Source: Chiloscyllium plagiosum (lineage: Eukaryota). Taken from it: a DNA stretch of 35,175 bases. The notes beneath the pieces were generated by a model. That model saw nothing but the letters and a program-made list of their open reading frames with translations, was not told the origin of the DNA and did not search any database. A program made the position numbers and the translations under genes. Location of the stretch: the NCBI RefSeq assembly GCF_004010195.1, contig NC_057758.1:3055307-3090481 (forward strand), in the 5' to 3' direction. Shown piece by piece: positions 11,311 to 23,377 of this stretch (position 1 is the first letter of the stretch; each line of letters opens with the position of its first letter).

Positions 11311-13955
11311 GAGGACAAGGGTAGGTCCGATCAAGGACAGTAGTGGGAGACTGTGTATTGAGTCGGAAGAGAGAAGTGAGGTCTTGAATGAGTACTTTTC
11401 TTCAGTATTTATTTACAAACGAGAGGGACCGTATTGTTGAAGAGGAGAGTGTGAAATGGATTGGTAAGCTAGAGGAGATATTTGTTAGGAAGGAAGATGT
11501 GTTGGACATTATGAATAACTTGAGGATAGACAAGTCCCCCGGGCCTGACGGGATATATCCTCGGATTATGTGGGAAGCAAGAGAGGAAATTGCAGTACCG
11601 TTGCCAATGATCTTTTCGTCTTCACTGTCAACAGGGGTGGTGCCAGGGGACTGGAGAGTGGCGAATCGGTAATGAACCGGGACAAGTGGTGGGCTTGTTA
11701 GTGGGTGAACATTTTGGTGATGGTGACCACAATTCTGTGACTTTCACCTTGGTTATGGAGAGAGATAGGTGCGCCCAACAAGGTAGATTTTATAATTGGG
11801 GGAAGGGAAATTACGATGCTGTAAGGCAGGATTTGAGGAGCATACGTTGGGAGCATAGGCTGTCAGGGAAGGATGTGGTGGAAATGTGGAACTTTTTCAA
11901 AGAGCAGATACGTCGTGTCCATGATATGTATGTACCTATCAGGCAGGAAAGAAATGGTCGTGTGAGGGAGCCTTGGTTGACGGGAGAGGTTGAATGTCTG
12001 GTAAAGAGGAAGGAGGAGGCTTACATAAGGTTGAGGAAACAGAATTCGGACAGAGCAGTGGAGGGATACAGGATAGCCAGAAGGGACCTGAAGAAAGGGA
12101 TTAGGAGAGCTAAGAGAGGGCATGAAAAATCGTTTGGCGGATAGGATCAAGGATAACCCTAAGGCATTTTATGCGTATGTGAGAAACATGAGAATGACAA
12201 GAACGAGTGTAGGTCCGATCAAGGACAGTAGTGGGAGACTGTGTATTGAGTCGGAAGAGATAGGAGAGGTCTTGAACAAGTACTTCTCTTCAGTATTTAC
12301 GAACGAGAGGGACCGTATTGTAGAAGAGGAGAGTGTGAAATGTACTGGTAAGCTAGAAGAGATACCTGTTAGGAAGGAAGATGTGTTGGACATTTTGAAC
12401 AACTTGAGGATAGACAAGTCCCCCGGGCCTGACGGGATATATGCTAGGATTATGTGGGAAGCAAGAGAGGAAATTGCAGTACCGTTGGCAATGATCTTCT
12501 CGTCTTCACTGGCAACGGGGGTGGTACCAGGGGACTGGAGAGTAGCGAATGTTGTGCCCCTGTTCAAAAAAGGGAATAGGGATAACCCCGGGAATTACAG
12601 GCCTGTTAGTCTTACTTCTGTGGTAGGCAAAGTAATGGAAAGGGTACTGAGGGATAGGATTTATGAGTATCTGGAAAGATACTGCTTGATTAGGGACAGC
12701 CAGCATGGATTTGTGAGGGGTAGGTCTTGCCTTACAAGTCTGATTGAATTCTTCGAGAAGGTGTCCAAGCATGTGGATGAGGGTAGAGCAGTGGATGTAG
12801 TATGCATGGATTTTAGTAAGGCATTTGATAAGGTTCCCCATGGTAGGCTTATGTGGAAAGTCAGGAGGCATGGGATAGTGGGAAATTTGGCCAGTTGGAT
12901 AGAAAATTGGCTAACCAGTCGATGTCAGAGAGTGGTGGTAGATGGTAAATATTCAGCCTGGAGCCCAGTTACAAGTGGAGTTCCGCAGGGATCAGTTCTG
13001 GGTCCTTTGCTGTTTGTAATTTTTATTAATGACTTAGATGAGGGAGTCGAAGGGTGGGTCAGTAAATTTGCAGATGATGCGAAGATTGGTGGAGTTGTGG
13101 ATAGTGAGGAGGGCTTTTGTCGGCTGCAAAGGGACTTGGATATGATGCAGAGCTGGGCTGAGGAGTGGCAGATGGAGTTCAACCCTGCCAAGTGTGAGGT
13201 TGTCCATTTTGGAAAGACAAATAAGAATGCGGAATACAGGGTTAACGGTAGAGTTCTTAGTAAGGTGGAGGTGCAGAGGGATCTTGGGGTCTATGTTCAT
13301 AGGTCTTTGAAAGTTGCCACTCAGGTGGATAGAACTTGTAAGAGGGCCTATGGTGTATTAGCGTTCATTAGCAGAGGGATTGAATTCAAGAGTCGTGGAG
13401 TGATGTTGCAGCTGTACAGGACTTTGGTTAGGCCACATTTTGAGTACTGTGTGCAGTTCTGGTCGCCTCACTTTTGGAAAGATGTGGAAGCTTTGGAGAG
13501 GGTGCAGAGAAGATTTACCAGGATGTTGCCTGGAATGGAGAATAGGTCGTACGAGGATAGGTTGAGCGTGCTAGGCCTTTTCTCATTGGAACGGAGAAGG
13601 ATGAGGGGTGACTTGATAGAGTTGTATAAGATGATCGGGGAATAGATAGAGTAGACAGTCAGAAACTTTCCCCCCGGGTACAACAGAGTGTTACAAGAGG
13701 ACATAAATTTAAGGTGAAGGGTGGAAGGTATAGGGGAGATGTCAGGGGTAGGTTCTTTACCCAGAGAGGGGCATGGTATGCGCTGCCTGTGGGAGTGGCA
13801 GAGTCAGAATCATTAGCGAACTTTAAGTGGCAATTGGATAGGTACATGGACGGGTGCTTAAGCTAGGACAAATGTTCGGCACAACATCGTGGGCCGAAGG
13901 GCCTGTTCTGTGCTGTATTGTTGTATGTTCTATGTTCTATGTTCTATCTATATTC
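11311..13955 (+). mobile_element. Young 5'-truncated CR1 LINE 'C' with an extra 5' copy of an internal segment
   Basis: Nearly open ORF2 from 11668, 3' UTR and a (TTCTATG)n-type tail at about 13922-13958. Segment 11321-11666 repeats about 12209-12550. Confidence 0.95.
11668..13645 (+). pseudogene. CR1 ORF2 remnant: end of APE endonuclease, linker and reverse transcriptase (frameshifts near 12135 and 13638)
   Basis: The 152-aa ORF (GEHFGDGDHN) overlaps a 507-aa ORF with NYRPVSLTS, QHGF, DFSKAFDKVPH, GVPQGSVLGPLLF, FADD and YRTLVRPHFEYC. The EN N-terminus is missing, so the element is non-autonomous. Confidence 0.93.
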
Positions 13956-16860
13956 TATGAGCCTGGCTATGTGGTTCAGAAAGTAAGCGAGAAGAATAGG
14001 AGAGCAATAGTGTTAAGAGATACAATGTTCAGAGAAACAGACATGAGATTCTGTGGTTGTGATCGAGACTCACATCTGGTATGTTGCCTCCCGTATGCCA
14101 GAGTCAGGAATGTTTTGGATAGGGTCTGCAGGATTCTTAAGGAAGAGGAAGAGCAGCCAGAAGTCGTGGTGCACATCGGTATCAATGATAATGTTCGGGA
14201 AAGGGAGAAGGACGTGAGAAGAGAGTACAGGGAATTCAGCTGGAAGCTAGAATTCAGGACGAGCAAAGTCGTAATCTCGAGATTGCTACCACGTGCTAGT
14301 GAGTCTAGGGTTAGAGAGCGAGTGCAGCTGAACAAGTGTCTGCAGGGCTGGACTCGGAGGGAGGGCTTCAAATATGTGTATCATTGGGATGTCTTCTGGG
14401 AAATTTGAGATCTGTAAAAGAAGGGCGGGTTTCCGCTGAACTGAAATGGCACCAATATCCTAAGCGGGAGGTTTGCAAAAGATTTTTGGGAAGATTTCAA
14501 ATAGATAGGCTGGAGGTGCGAACTACAAATCGGATGATGATTAAGGCAGTGACCAGCCAGATGCAGTGTGCAGAGAATCTGTGAGTAGGCGTAGGCACTT
14601 GATAGGGCAACGGTGAAGTAAGTGTGATGGGTTGAAGTATGTCGGTTTTAATTCAAGATGTATCAGTATTAAATGTGACAAATTCAGAGCATGGATCAGT
14701 GCTTGGAACTATAATGCTGTGTCCATTGCAAATATTTGGATATCACATAGGCAGGAATGTTTGTTGGATAATCCAAGGTTAAAATGTTTCAAAATGAATG
14801 GCGGTCGGTGGTGGCGGGAGGAGTGTGGTGGCGGGTGTGGGAATGGAGGGTGAAGGTAAAAGATGTGGAGGAGTGGTATTGCTAATCAGGGATAGCATCA
14901 CAACTGCAGAGCGGGACGCATCGAGGAGGGTTTTCTCCAGAGTCAGTGTGCTTGGAATTCAGAAACAGGAAAGGAGCACTCACTTTATTGGGAGCTTTCT
15001 TCAGGGCCCTCAAAAACAACGGAGAGGCAGGGGAGCAGATTGGGAGGCAGATTTTCAAGAGGTGCAGAAGTAAGACAGTTGTTGTCATAGGATCTTTAAT
15101 TTCCCTAATATTTATTGAAACTCCATTATTCAAACGGATTAGAATTAGCATTATTTGTCAGTTGTGTTCAGGAAGGGTTCCTTATGCAATATATAGATCG
15201 GCTGACTCGAGGAGAAGTCATATTGAATTTGGTGGGAGGCAATGAAACATGCCGGATGTCAAATCAATCGGTGGGAGAGCATTTTGGTGATAGTGATCAA
15301 AATTCCCTGATATTTACTCTACCCATAGATAGGAATAGGAGCAGACGGTATGAGAAAGTATTTAAATACGGGAGGGGGAATTGCAATTTCATTAGGCAGT
15401 AACTGGTACGCCTAAATGGGAATGGATGTTCCCTCAGGGAAGTGAACAACAGAAATGTGGAGGTTGGTTAGGAAGCACTTGCTCATAGTGCTAGACAGTT
15501 TTGCCCCAGTGAGGCAATGAAGGGATGGTAGACTGAAAGAACATTCGTTGGAAAGGGATATGGAGCATCCAGTCAAATTGAAGAAAGAAGATGACTTAAG
15601 GTTCATGAAGCAGGAATCTGACAGGGCTTTGAAGGATTAAAAGGGAGCTAGGAAGGAACTGAAGAATTGACTTAAGAGGGATATAAGGGAACATGAAAAA
15701 GTTTTAGTTGGTAGGACTAAGCAAAAACCTTAGGCATTGTACATTTATGAGAGGAACAAGATTATGGCCAGAGTGAGGGTATGATTAATCAGGGATAGTT
15801 GAGGGAATTTGTGCCTGGAGTTGGAGGAATTATGGAGACCCTTAATGAATACTTTGCTTCAGTGTTCACAAATGAGAGTGTCCTTGACTTTTGTGAGTAC
15901 AGATTCAAATAGACTGATGTGCTTGAACATCTTGATGTTAGGAAGGAGGCTGCGCTAAAAATTTGGAAAACATGAGGATGGGTAAATCCCCTGGGCTGGA
16001 TGCAAAATAACCGAAGTTACTACAGAAAGCGTGAGAAGAGATTGCTACGTCTTTGGCGATGATCGTTGCGTCCTCACTGTCCACTGGGGCAGTGCCAGAT
16101 GATTGGAGGATGGCAAATGTTATTCCCTTGTTCAAGACAGCGATTAGGGATAATCCTCGGAATTAAAGACCAGCCAGTCTTACATCAGTGGAGGCCAAAG
16201 TATTGGAGATGATTCTGAGAGACAAGATTTTAGATTATTTTAAAACCATAATTTTATTTGACATAGTCGTCATGGTTTTGTGTGGGACAGGCTTGCCTCA
16301 CAAACATTATTGACTTCTTTGAGGACGTGACAAAACATATTGATTAAGATAGAGCGGTGGATGTGGTGCATATGAATTTAGCAAGGTGTTTGATGAGTTT
16401 TCCATGGTAGGCTCAATCAGAAAGTAAGAAAGCATGGGATGTAGGGAAATCTGCTTTCCTGGATACACAGTTGGCTGTCCCACAGGAGACAGAGTGCTGT
16501 GGTCGATGGAAAGTATTCAGCCTGGAGCTTGGTGGCCAGTGGTGTCCACAGAATCGGATCTGAATGAGGAAGTAGATGGGTGAGTCGTAAGTTTGCCGAT
16601 GATACGAAATTTGTTGAAGTTGTGGATGGTGTGAAGGGCTTCTGTGGGTTGCAACGGGGCTTTGACAGGGTGTAGGACTGGGTGATAAGGGGCGGGTGGA
16701 GTTCAATCTGGGAATGTGTGAAGTGAGTCACTTTGGAAGTTCCGATTTGAATGTAGAATACAAGGTACAAGGCCGGAATGTTAGCAGTGTGAATCAACAT
16801 CCACATGTCCGTAGATAGCTCAAAGTTGTCAGAAACGTTGATAGGGCTGTTAAGTGGGCA
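13956..16860 (+). mobile_element. CR1 LINE 'B', middle part: ORF1 SGNH-esterase-like domain and degenerate ORF2
   Basis: RRAIVLRDTMFR...VCCLPYARV...PEVVVHIGINDN matches CR1 ORF1 esterase blocks (GDS-, LPGA-, HIGTND-like). It is followed by EN pieces (KYVGFNSRCI, GGVVLLIRDSI, VGEHFGDSDQN) and a broken RT. Confidence 0.88.
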
Positions 16861-17176
16861 CATAGAATATAGAACATAGAACAGTACAGCACAGAACAGG
16901 CCCTTCAGCCCACAATGTTGTGCCGACCACTGATCCTCATGTATGCATCCTCAAATTTCTGTGACCATATGCATGTCCAGGAGTCTCTTAAATGTCCCAA
17001 TGATCCTGCCTCCACAACTGCTGCTGGCAACGCATTCCATGCTCTCACAACTCTCCAACCAGCTTAAAACTATGACCCCTCGTGTTCGTCATTTCTGCCC
17101 TGGGAAATAGCCTGTGACTCTGGATCAGTGGTGCTGGAAGAGCACAGCAATTCAGGCAGCATCCGAGGACAGGCAA

Positions 17177-17212
17177 AATCGACGTTTCGGGCAAAAGCCC
17201 TTCATCAGGAAT
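17177..17212 (-). ncRNA. Minimal hammerhead ribozyme motif (inverted partner)
   Basis: Exact reverse complement of the 17217-17252 motif. Confidence 0.75.
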
Positions 17213-17216
17213 TTTT

Positions 17217-17252
17217 ATTCCTGATGAAGGGCTTTTGCCCGAAACGTCGATT
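17217..17252 (+). ncRNA. Minimal hammerhead ribozyme motif
   Basis: CTGATGA (17221-17227), A, stem II GGGC-TTTT-GCCC, GAAAC-GTC; predicted cleavage after 17248. Stem I is weak. Confidence 0.75.
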
Positions 17253-18202
17253 TTGCCTGTCCTCGGATGCTGCCTGAATTGCTGTGCTCTTCCAGCACCA
17301 CTGATCCAGAATCTGGTTTCCAGCATCTGCAGTCATTGTTTTTACCTAATAGTCTGTGGCTATCGACTCTACCTATGCCTCTCATTATCCTGTATACCTC
17401 AATTAGGTCCCCTCTTCTCCTCCTTTTCTCCAATGAAAAATGTCCGAGCTCAGGCAACCTCTCCTCATAAGATAAGCCCTCCAGTCCAGGCAGCATCCTG
17501 GTAAACCTCCTCTGAACCCTCTCCAAAGCATCCACATCTTTCTTCTAATAGGACGACCAGAGCTGGACACAGTATTCCAAGTGCGGTCTAACCAAAGTTT
17601 TATAGAGCTGCAACAAGATCTCACGACTCTTAAACTCAATATCCCTGTTAATGAAAGCCAAAACACCATATGCTTTCTTAACAACCCTGTCCACTTGGGT
17701 GACCATTTTAAGGGATCTATGTACCTGCACCCCAAGATCCCTCTGTTCCTCCACACTGCCAAGAATCCTATCCTTAATCCTGTACTCAGCTTTCAAATTC
17801 GACCTTACAAAATTCATCACCTCGCATTTATCTCGGTTGAACTCCATCTGCCACCTCTCAGCCCATCTCTGCATCCTGTCAATGTCCCGCTGCAGCCTAC
17901 AACAGCCCTCTATACTTTCAACGACACCTCCAACCTTTGTGTCATCTGCAAATTTGCTGACCCAACCTTCAATCCCCTCATCCAAGTCATAAATAAAAAT
18001 TACAAACAATAGAGACCCAAGGACAGAGCCCTGTGGAAACCACTCACTACATACTTCCAGGCAGAATATTTTCCTTCTACTAACACTCGCTGTCTTCTGT
18101 TGGCCAGCCAATTCTGTATCCAGACAGCTATGTTCCCCTGAATCCCATTCCTCCTGACCTTCTGAATGAGCCTACCATGGGGAACCTTATCAAATGCCTT
18201 CA

Positions 18203-21115
18203 AATATAGAACGTAGAATATTGATCATTACCACGTAGTACAAGCCCTCGATGCTGCACCGAACTGAGGAACCAACCTGACGCCTTTCTATCTTACACTA
18301 GTCCATTTTCGTCCGTATGTTTATTCAATCACGAGTTAAATGCCCTTGAAGTTGGTGAGCCGACTACTGTTGAAGTCAGTCCGTTCCACACACCACTACT
18401 CTCTGAGTCAAGAAACGACCTCTGCCATCTGTCCTATATCTATCACCCTTCAATTTAAAGCGATGTCCCCTCGTGTTAAACATCACCATTCCAGTTAAAC
18501 GACTGTCAATGCCAACCCTATCTGAACCTCTGATTACATTATGTGTCTCATTTAAGTCACGTCTCAACCTTCTTCTCTCGAACGAAAACAGCCTCAAGTC
18601 TCTCAGCCTTTCCTCACAATACTTTCCCTCCAGACCAGGTACAATCCTAGTAAATCTCCTCTGCACCATTTCCAAAGCTTCCACGTCCTTCCTTTAATGC
18701 TGTGACACGATCTGTACAGAATACTCCAAGTGCTGGTGCACCGGAATCTTTTGCTGCTACAGCATAATCTCGTGGCGACGAAACGCAATCCCTCTACCAG
18801 TAAAAGCTAACGCATCGTATGACTTCTTAACTGCCCTATAAACCCGGGTGGCAACTTTCAGGGACCTATGTACATGGACACCGAGATCACTCTGCTCATC
18901 TATGCTCCCAAAAGTCTTACCGTTAGCCCAGTACAATTTATTCCTGTTTCTCCTACCAATGGGAATCACCTCCTACGTTTTCGCATTAAACTCCATTTGC
19001 TACCACTCAGCCCAGCTCTGACGGTTATCTATGTCCCTCTGCAATCTGTAACATGCTTCGGTACTATCCTCAACTCCATTGACGTTAGTATCATCCGCAA
19101 ATTTACTAACCCATCTTTCTATGCCCTCATCTCGGTCACTTATCAGAATGATAAGAAGCAGTGGCCCCAAAACAGATCCTTGCGGTACACCACTAGGAAT
19201 GGAACTGCAGGATGAACATTTCCCATCAACGACCACCCTCTGTCTACTTTCAGTTTGCCAACTTCTGATCCAAACAGATAAATCGCCCTCAATCCAACGC
19301 CTCTGCATTTTATGCAGGAGGCTATTGTGGGGAAACAATCGCATTATTGAAATCCATATACAACACATCGACCGCTTTAACCTCATCCACTCGTTTGGTC
19401 ACCATCTTAAAGAACTCAATAAGGTTTATGAGGCACGACGTCACTTCGCAAAACCATGTTGACTATCCCTAATCGACTTATTCCTCTCTAGATGATCATA
19501 AATCCTATCTTTTATAACCATTTCCCAACACTACACACAAACAAAGTAAGGCACACTGGTCTATAATTATCACTTTTGTCTCTAAACACTTCTCCTTTTG
19601 AACAAGGGAACGATATTTGATTTTCTCCATTCTTCTGTCGTTATTTCTGTAAACAACAGCGAAATGAATATCAAAGCAAAAGGCTCTGCAATCTCCTCCC
19701 TCACTTCCCAGAAAATACTCAAATAGATTACATCTGGCCGAGGGAACTTATCTATTTTCACACTTTCCGGAATACCTAACACCTCATCCATGTGTATCGA
19801 AATGCCATTTCGGCTGGGTATCCTGTATCTCAGTATTCTTCTGGAAAACAGTGTCCTTTTCGTGTGTGAACAATGAGGAAATATATACATTTAGCACTTC
19901 CCCTATCACCTTGGACATCACACACAACTTCCCACTACTTTCATTGATTGGCCCTAATCTTTCACTCGTCATTCTTTAATTCCTGATATACCGACAGAAA
20001 GATTTTGGGTTTTCATTGATCCTCTCTGCCAACGACGTCACATGCCATTCTGGGCTCTTCCTAGCTCTCTCATTAGGTCTTCAGTGGCTATCTTGTAACT
20101 CTCAAGCGCCCTAACGGAGCCTTCACGTCTCATCCTAACATAAGTCTTCTTCGTCTTGACAAGAGATTCAACTTATTTAGTAGACTGCGGCTCCCTGGCT
20201 CGACCACTTTCTCCCTGCCTGACCCGCAGCAGCTTTTCCTCGAAAAGCTCCATATTTCAATTGTGTCCATCCCTCCAGTTTCCTTCCCAATCCTATGCAT
20301 CCTACAACCTGCCTAATTGCATCATATTTGCCTATACCCCAACCATAATTCGTGTCCTGCGTTACACAGCTAACCATTTCCATTGCTAAAGTAAACATAA
20401 CTGAATTGTGCTCACCATCGCTAAATTGTTCACTTCCCACCAAGTCTAACACCTGGCCAGGTTCATTACGAAGTACCAAATTCAATGTGGCTTCGCCCCT
20501 TCTTGGCTCGTCGACATACTCTGTCATGAAACCATCCTATACGGGTTGTACAAAAATCGGCACGTGTAAAGTACTCGAACTATCGACTTTCCAATCAATG
20601 TTTGGAAAGTTAAAGTCCTCCATTAAATCAACCCTGTTGCTTTCACTCCCATCCAGAATTGTCTTTGCTATCCTTTCCTCTGCATCTCTGGAACTATATG
20701 GAGGCCAAGAGAAAACTGCCAACAAGGTAACCTCCCCTTTCCTGTTTCTAGCCTCCGCCCATACTACCTCAGTAGTCGGGACTTCAAACATCCTGTATGT
20801 CACCGTAATACTGTCCTTGACTAACACCTCCCTATCTTTTACCATATTCTCTGTTCTTTGTCAAACATCTAAATCCAGAACCTGCAACAACCATTAATGT
20901 ATCTGCTCTATCCATGCCTCCAAAATAGCCATAATATAGAAGTCCCAAACACCAAACCCTGCTGCAAGTTCATCCACCTTACTCCAGATGCTCCTGACAT
21001 TGAAGTAAACTCTCTTCAAACCACCTTCCTGCTTGTCGGTGAACTCTTGTGAACTTGAAACCATATTGCTGACCTCACTTCTCTCAACCTCCTGGACACT
21101 GGAACTAAAATTTAG
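18203..21115 (-). mobile_element. CR1 LINE 'D', almost the whole ORF2 plus 3' end, degenerate
   Basis: Minus-strand pieces LKRVYFNVRSI, EVVWAEARNRKG...DFNFPNIDW, GSEQFSDGEHN, GVPQGSVLGPLL...FADDT and RGHRFKLKGDRY; tail at about 18203-18220. Confidence 0.92.
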
Positions 21116-21713
21116 GTTGGCTTTCATTAGGAGGGGGATTGAGTTTAACAACTGTGGCGAGATGCTGCAGTTCGATAGAGCCCTGGTTCGACCACACTTG
21201 GAATATTGTGTTCAGTTCTGGTCGACGTTTTACCGGAATGATGTGGAAGATTTAGACAGATTGCAGAGATTATCACGATGCGGTCTTGACTGGAGGACAT
21301 GCCTTATGAAGAAAGTTTGACAGAGCTCAGGCTTTTCGACTTCAGAGCCAATAAGAATGAGAGGTGACTTAATAGATTTTTGCAAGATGTTGAGAGATAG
21401 CCAGAAGTTTTTTTTTTCTCAGGGTGGAGATGTCTATCATGAGGGGGCATAACTGTCAGCTGAATCGAAGAGGTTTAAGGAGAGATGTCAGAGGCAGGTT
21501 CTTTACACAGGTTACGGTGGGTGCGTGGTCTGCACTACCAACAGTGGTAGTAGAGTATGATACATTAGGGACATTTAAGCGACTCTTGGATAGGCACATG
21601 CAAGTTGGTACAATGAAAGTCCTGTAGGTTAGTTTCATCTCAGAGTATGATAGAAGGCCGGCACAGCAGTGAGGGCCGAACGGTCTGTGTGTTACAACAC
21701 TGTGCTATGTTCT
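21116..21713 (+). mobile_element. CR1 LINE 'B', 3' part
   Basis: LAFIRRGIEF...ALVRPHLEYCVQFWS and RRDVRGRFFTQ; ends ctatgttcta. It resumes where B breaks at 16860 (DRAVK.A). Confidence 0.88.
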
Positions 21714-21995
21714 AACAAATTTGTGAGGCATGATCTCCCACTCACAAAACCTACTCTTAATGAAAACCTGCTTTTCCAAATGCTTTCATTTCTTTACTCT
21801 CAGAATCTTCTCAAGTAACCTATCACCCACAGATGTTAAGCTTACTGCTCCTGACATCCATGGATGTACTTCGCAGCCCTTCTTTAATAAGTGCAAAACA
21901 TTCACTATCCAAAGTCTTCCAGGAGCTCACTCGTGGCGAACAACGATGCAAAAACTATCAGCCAGGTTTACCATAATTTCTTCGCTGTTAATTGG
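21714..21995 (-). mobile_element. CR1 LINE 'A', 5' part
   Basis: caaatttgtgaggcatgatctccc directly continues ...catcaaacaactctaa (10619), matching the reverse complement of GRSCLTNLLEFF. TCTAA occurs at both junctions. Confidence 0.8.
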
Positions 21996-22479
21996 TTAAT
22001 TGGTGCCAGTGGCAACGATGTTACAGGCATTTGCAATTGCTTGTAAATTTGGCACTGGTCTATATTCAGAAACATGTGCTCTCGCCATTTTTGGGATTCC
22101 ACATAATGCTTTTTATTTCCACAGAGTCAGAGTATGTGGTGGACAGGTGAAATATAGCGGCTTATGTGGGTAACTGAATCAACAATTCATAAAATGGGTA
22201 TTTATAATATGCAGACAGAATCTCAGATACATTTTGCATATTCTAAATGCGATAGATAGAGCTGAATGATCCAACAATAAATAGATCATATCACTGAAAA
22301 TGAATTCAATTGCTTCAGCCTTTGGATATACTCTGACGTGCTGTGCTCCTCAATCATTGAGAAAGGAGATATTTATGGAATATCTCCCTTCCTTTGGCTG
22401 TTTACTTTTCCATCTCCAGTCACAGCTGGAATTGTAGAGAAGAGCTTTGATCGGATACATTTGTATGGAAACACTGTAT

Positions 22480-23145
22480 GTTCAAAAGCAGCAAGACACA
22501 GAGAAAAGTCAGGCTTGTGCTGACAAATGGCAGAGGAATTTAGTGTCAGACCGTGTTCAGTAAAGTCCTAATTCCAATAAAATGAAATCAAAACTCGACC
22601 CGTCCCCACCAACTTGACGTTCCCATCACTGAATATCGTACAAGTAATATCCTGTGTTGACGATTCATTTTTAGAAGAACCTGAATAACAACATATATCC
22701 TGGTGTTACATCAGCGGGTCAGAGTCTGGGTATTCCATAGCTAAAAATACTTAATTCTACCTAGGATACAGTTGGCCATTTGATCAATAATGTGCCCAAC
22801 ACTTGAAAAATGACACTCTGCTCCATCCCCAGAGGGGCAGCAGTGTACACCATGTACAATATGCATTGTTGCTGCTCACAAAGATCCCTTTGGCAGCACT
22901 CTCTGTAGCCATGATTAGTGATAAGAGAATAAAAGAGACGGCAGATGCAGTGATAACTTGATGTTCACTTTCAAACCAGAACGCATCATGACTTAGGACG
23001 ACATCAGCGTTCTTTCACAATAATGGGGACAAAACTCTGTACATTGCTTCCTGACATCACTGTCCCATGTTCTGACACAAGCACAGAGTGCAGTGCCTCA
23101 CATGAGGGAGTTCATTACCACTTCTAAAGGGCAATTCATGTGAGG
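22480..23145 (+). mobile_element. Second LINE family, very degenerate 3' portion
   Basis: cagcaagacacagagaaaagtcaggcttgtgctgacaaatggcag resembles QQDLDNIQAWADKWQ. Downstream gcagcagtgtacaccatgtacaatatgcattg...cacttctaaagggcaatt resembles the 3' part of a shark LINE I recall. Confidence 0.55.
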
Positions 23146-23164
23146 ATTATATGGTACTTTGAAA

Positions 23165-23377
23165 AAACGGGCGTGCAGTAATGGAAAATCACAGCCGATC
23201 AGGCAGCAACTGAGGACCAGAAGATTCGACGTTTCGGCCTTAAGACCTTCATCAGGAAGGGCTTATGCCCTAAACGTCCGTTCTCCTGCTCCTCGCATGT
23301 TTTCCGACCTGCTATGCTTTTCCAACAACGCACTCCCGACTCTGATCTCCAGCATCTGCAGTCCTCACCTTCTCCTA
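23165..23377. mobile_element. Older inverted PLE pseudo-LTR pair
   Basis: Same architecture as 17119-17347 but diverged. The minus strand at 23228-23255 retains CTGATGA-A-GGTC-TTAA-GGCC-GAAAC-GTC; the plus copy is truncated and mutated. Confidence 0.8.

Larger units (their letters stand above)
17119..17347. mobile_element. Palindromic PLE pseudo-LTR unit with two inverted hammerhead cores
   Basis: Arms 17119-17212 and 17217-17310 are exact 94-bp reverse complements around TTTT. Flanked by an imperfect 14-bp TSD AATAGCCTGTGACT / AATAGTCTGTGGCT (17106-17119, 17348-17361). Confidence 0.92.
16861..18202 (-). mobile_element. Young 5'-truncated CR1 LINE 'E' (RT to 3' tail)
   Basis: Minus-strand ORFs KAFDKVPHGRL, PQGSVLGSLLF...FADDTK...LVRPHLEYC and [15 protein letters not shown]; tail repeats at 16861-16882. 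Confidence 0.95.

Noticed and set aside
13854..14408. 184-aa ORF as a possible host esterase gene
   Set aside because: It is a chimera of the CR1 'C' 3' UTR and tail with the decayed ORF1 esterase-like domain of CR1 'B'; the GDS-type motif is altered (RDT).
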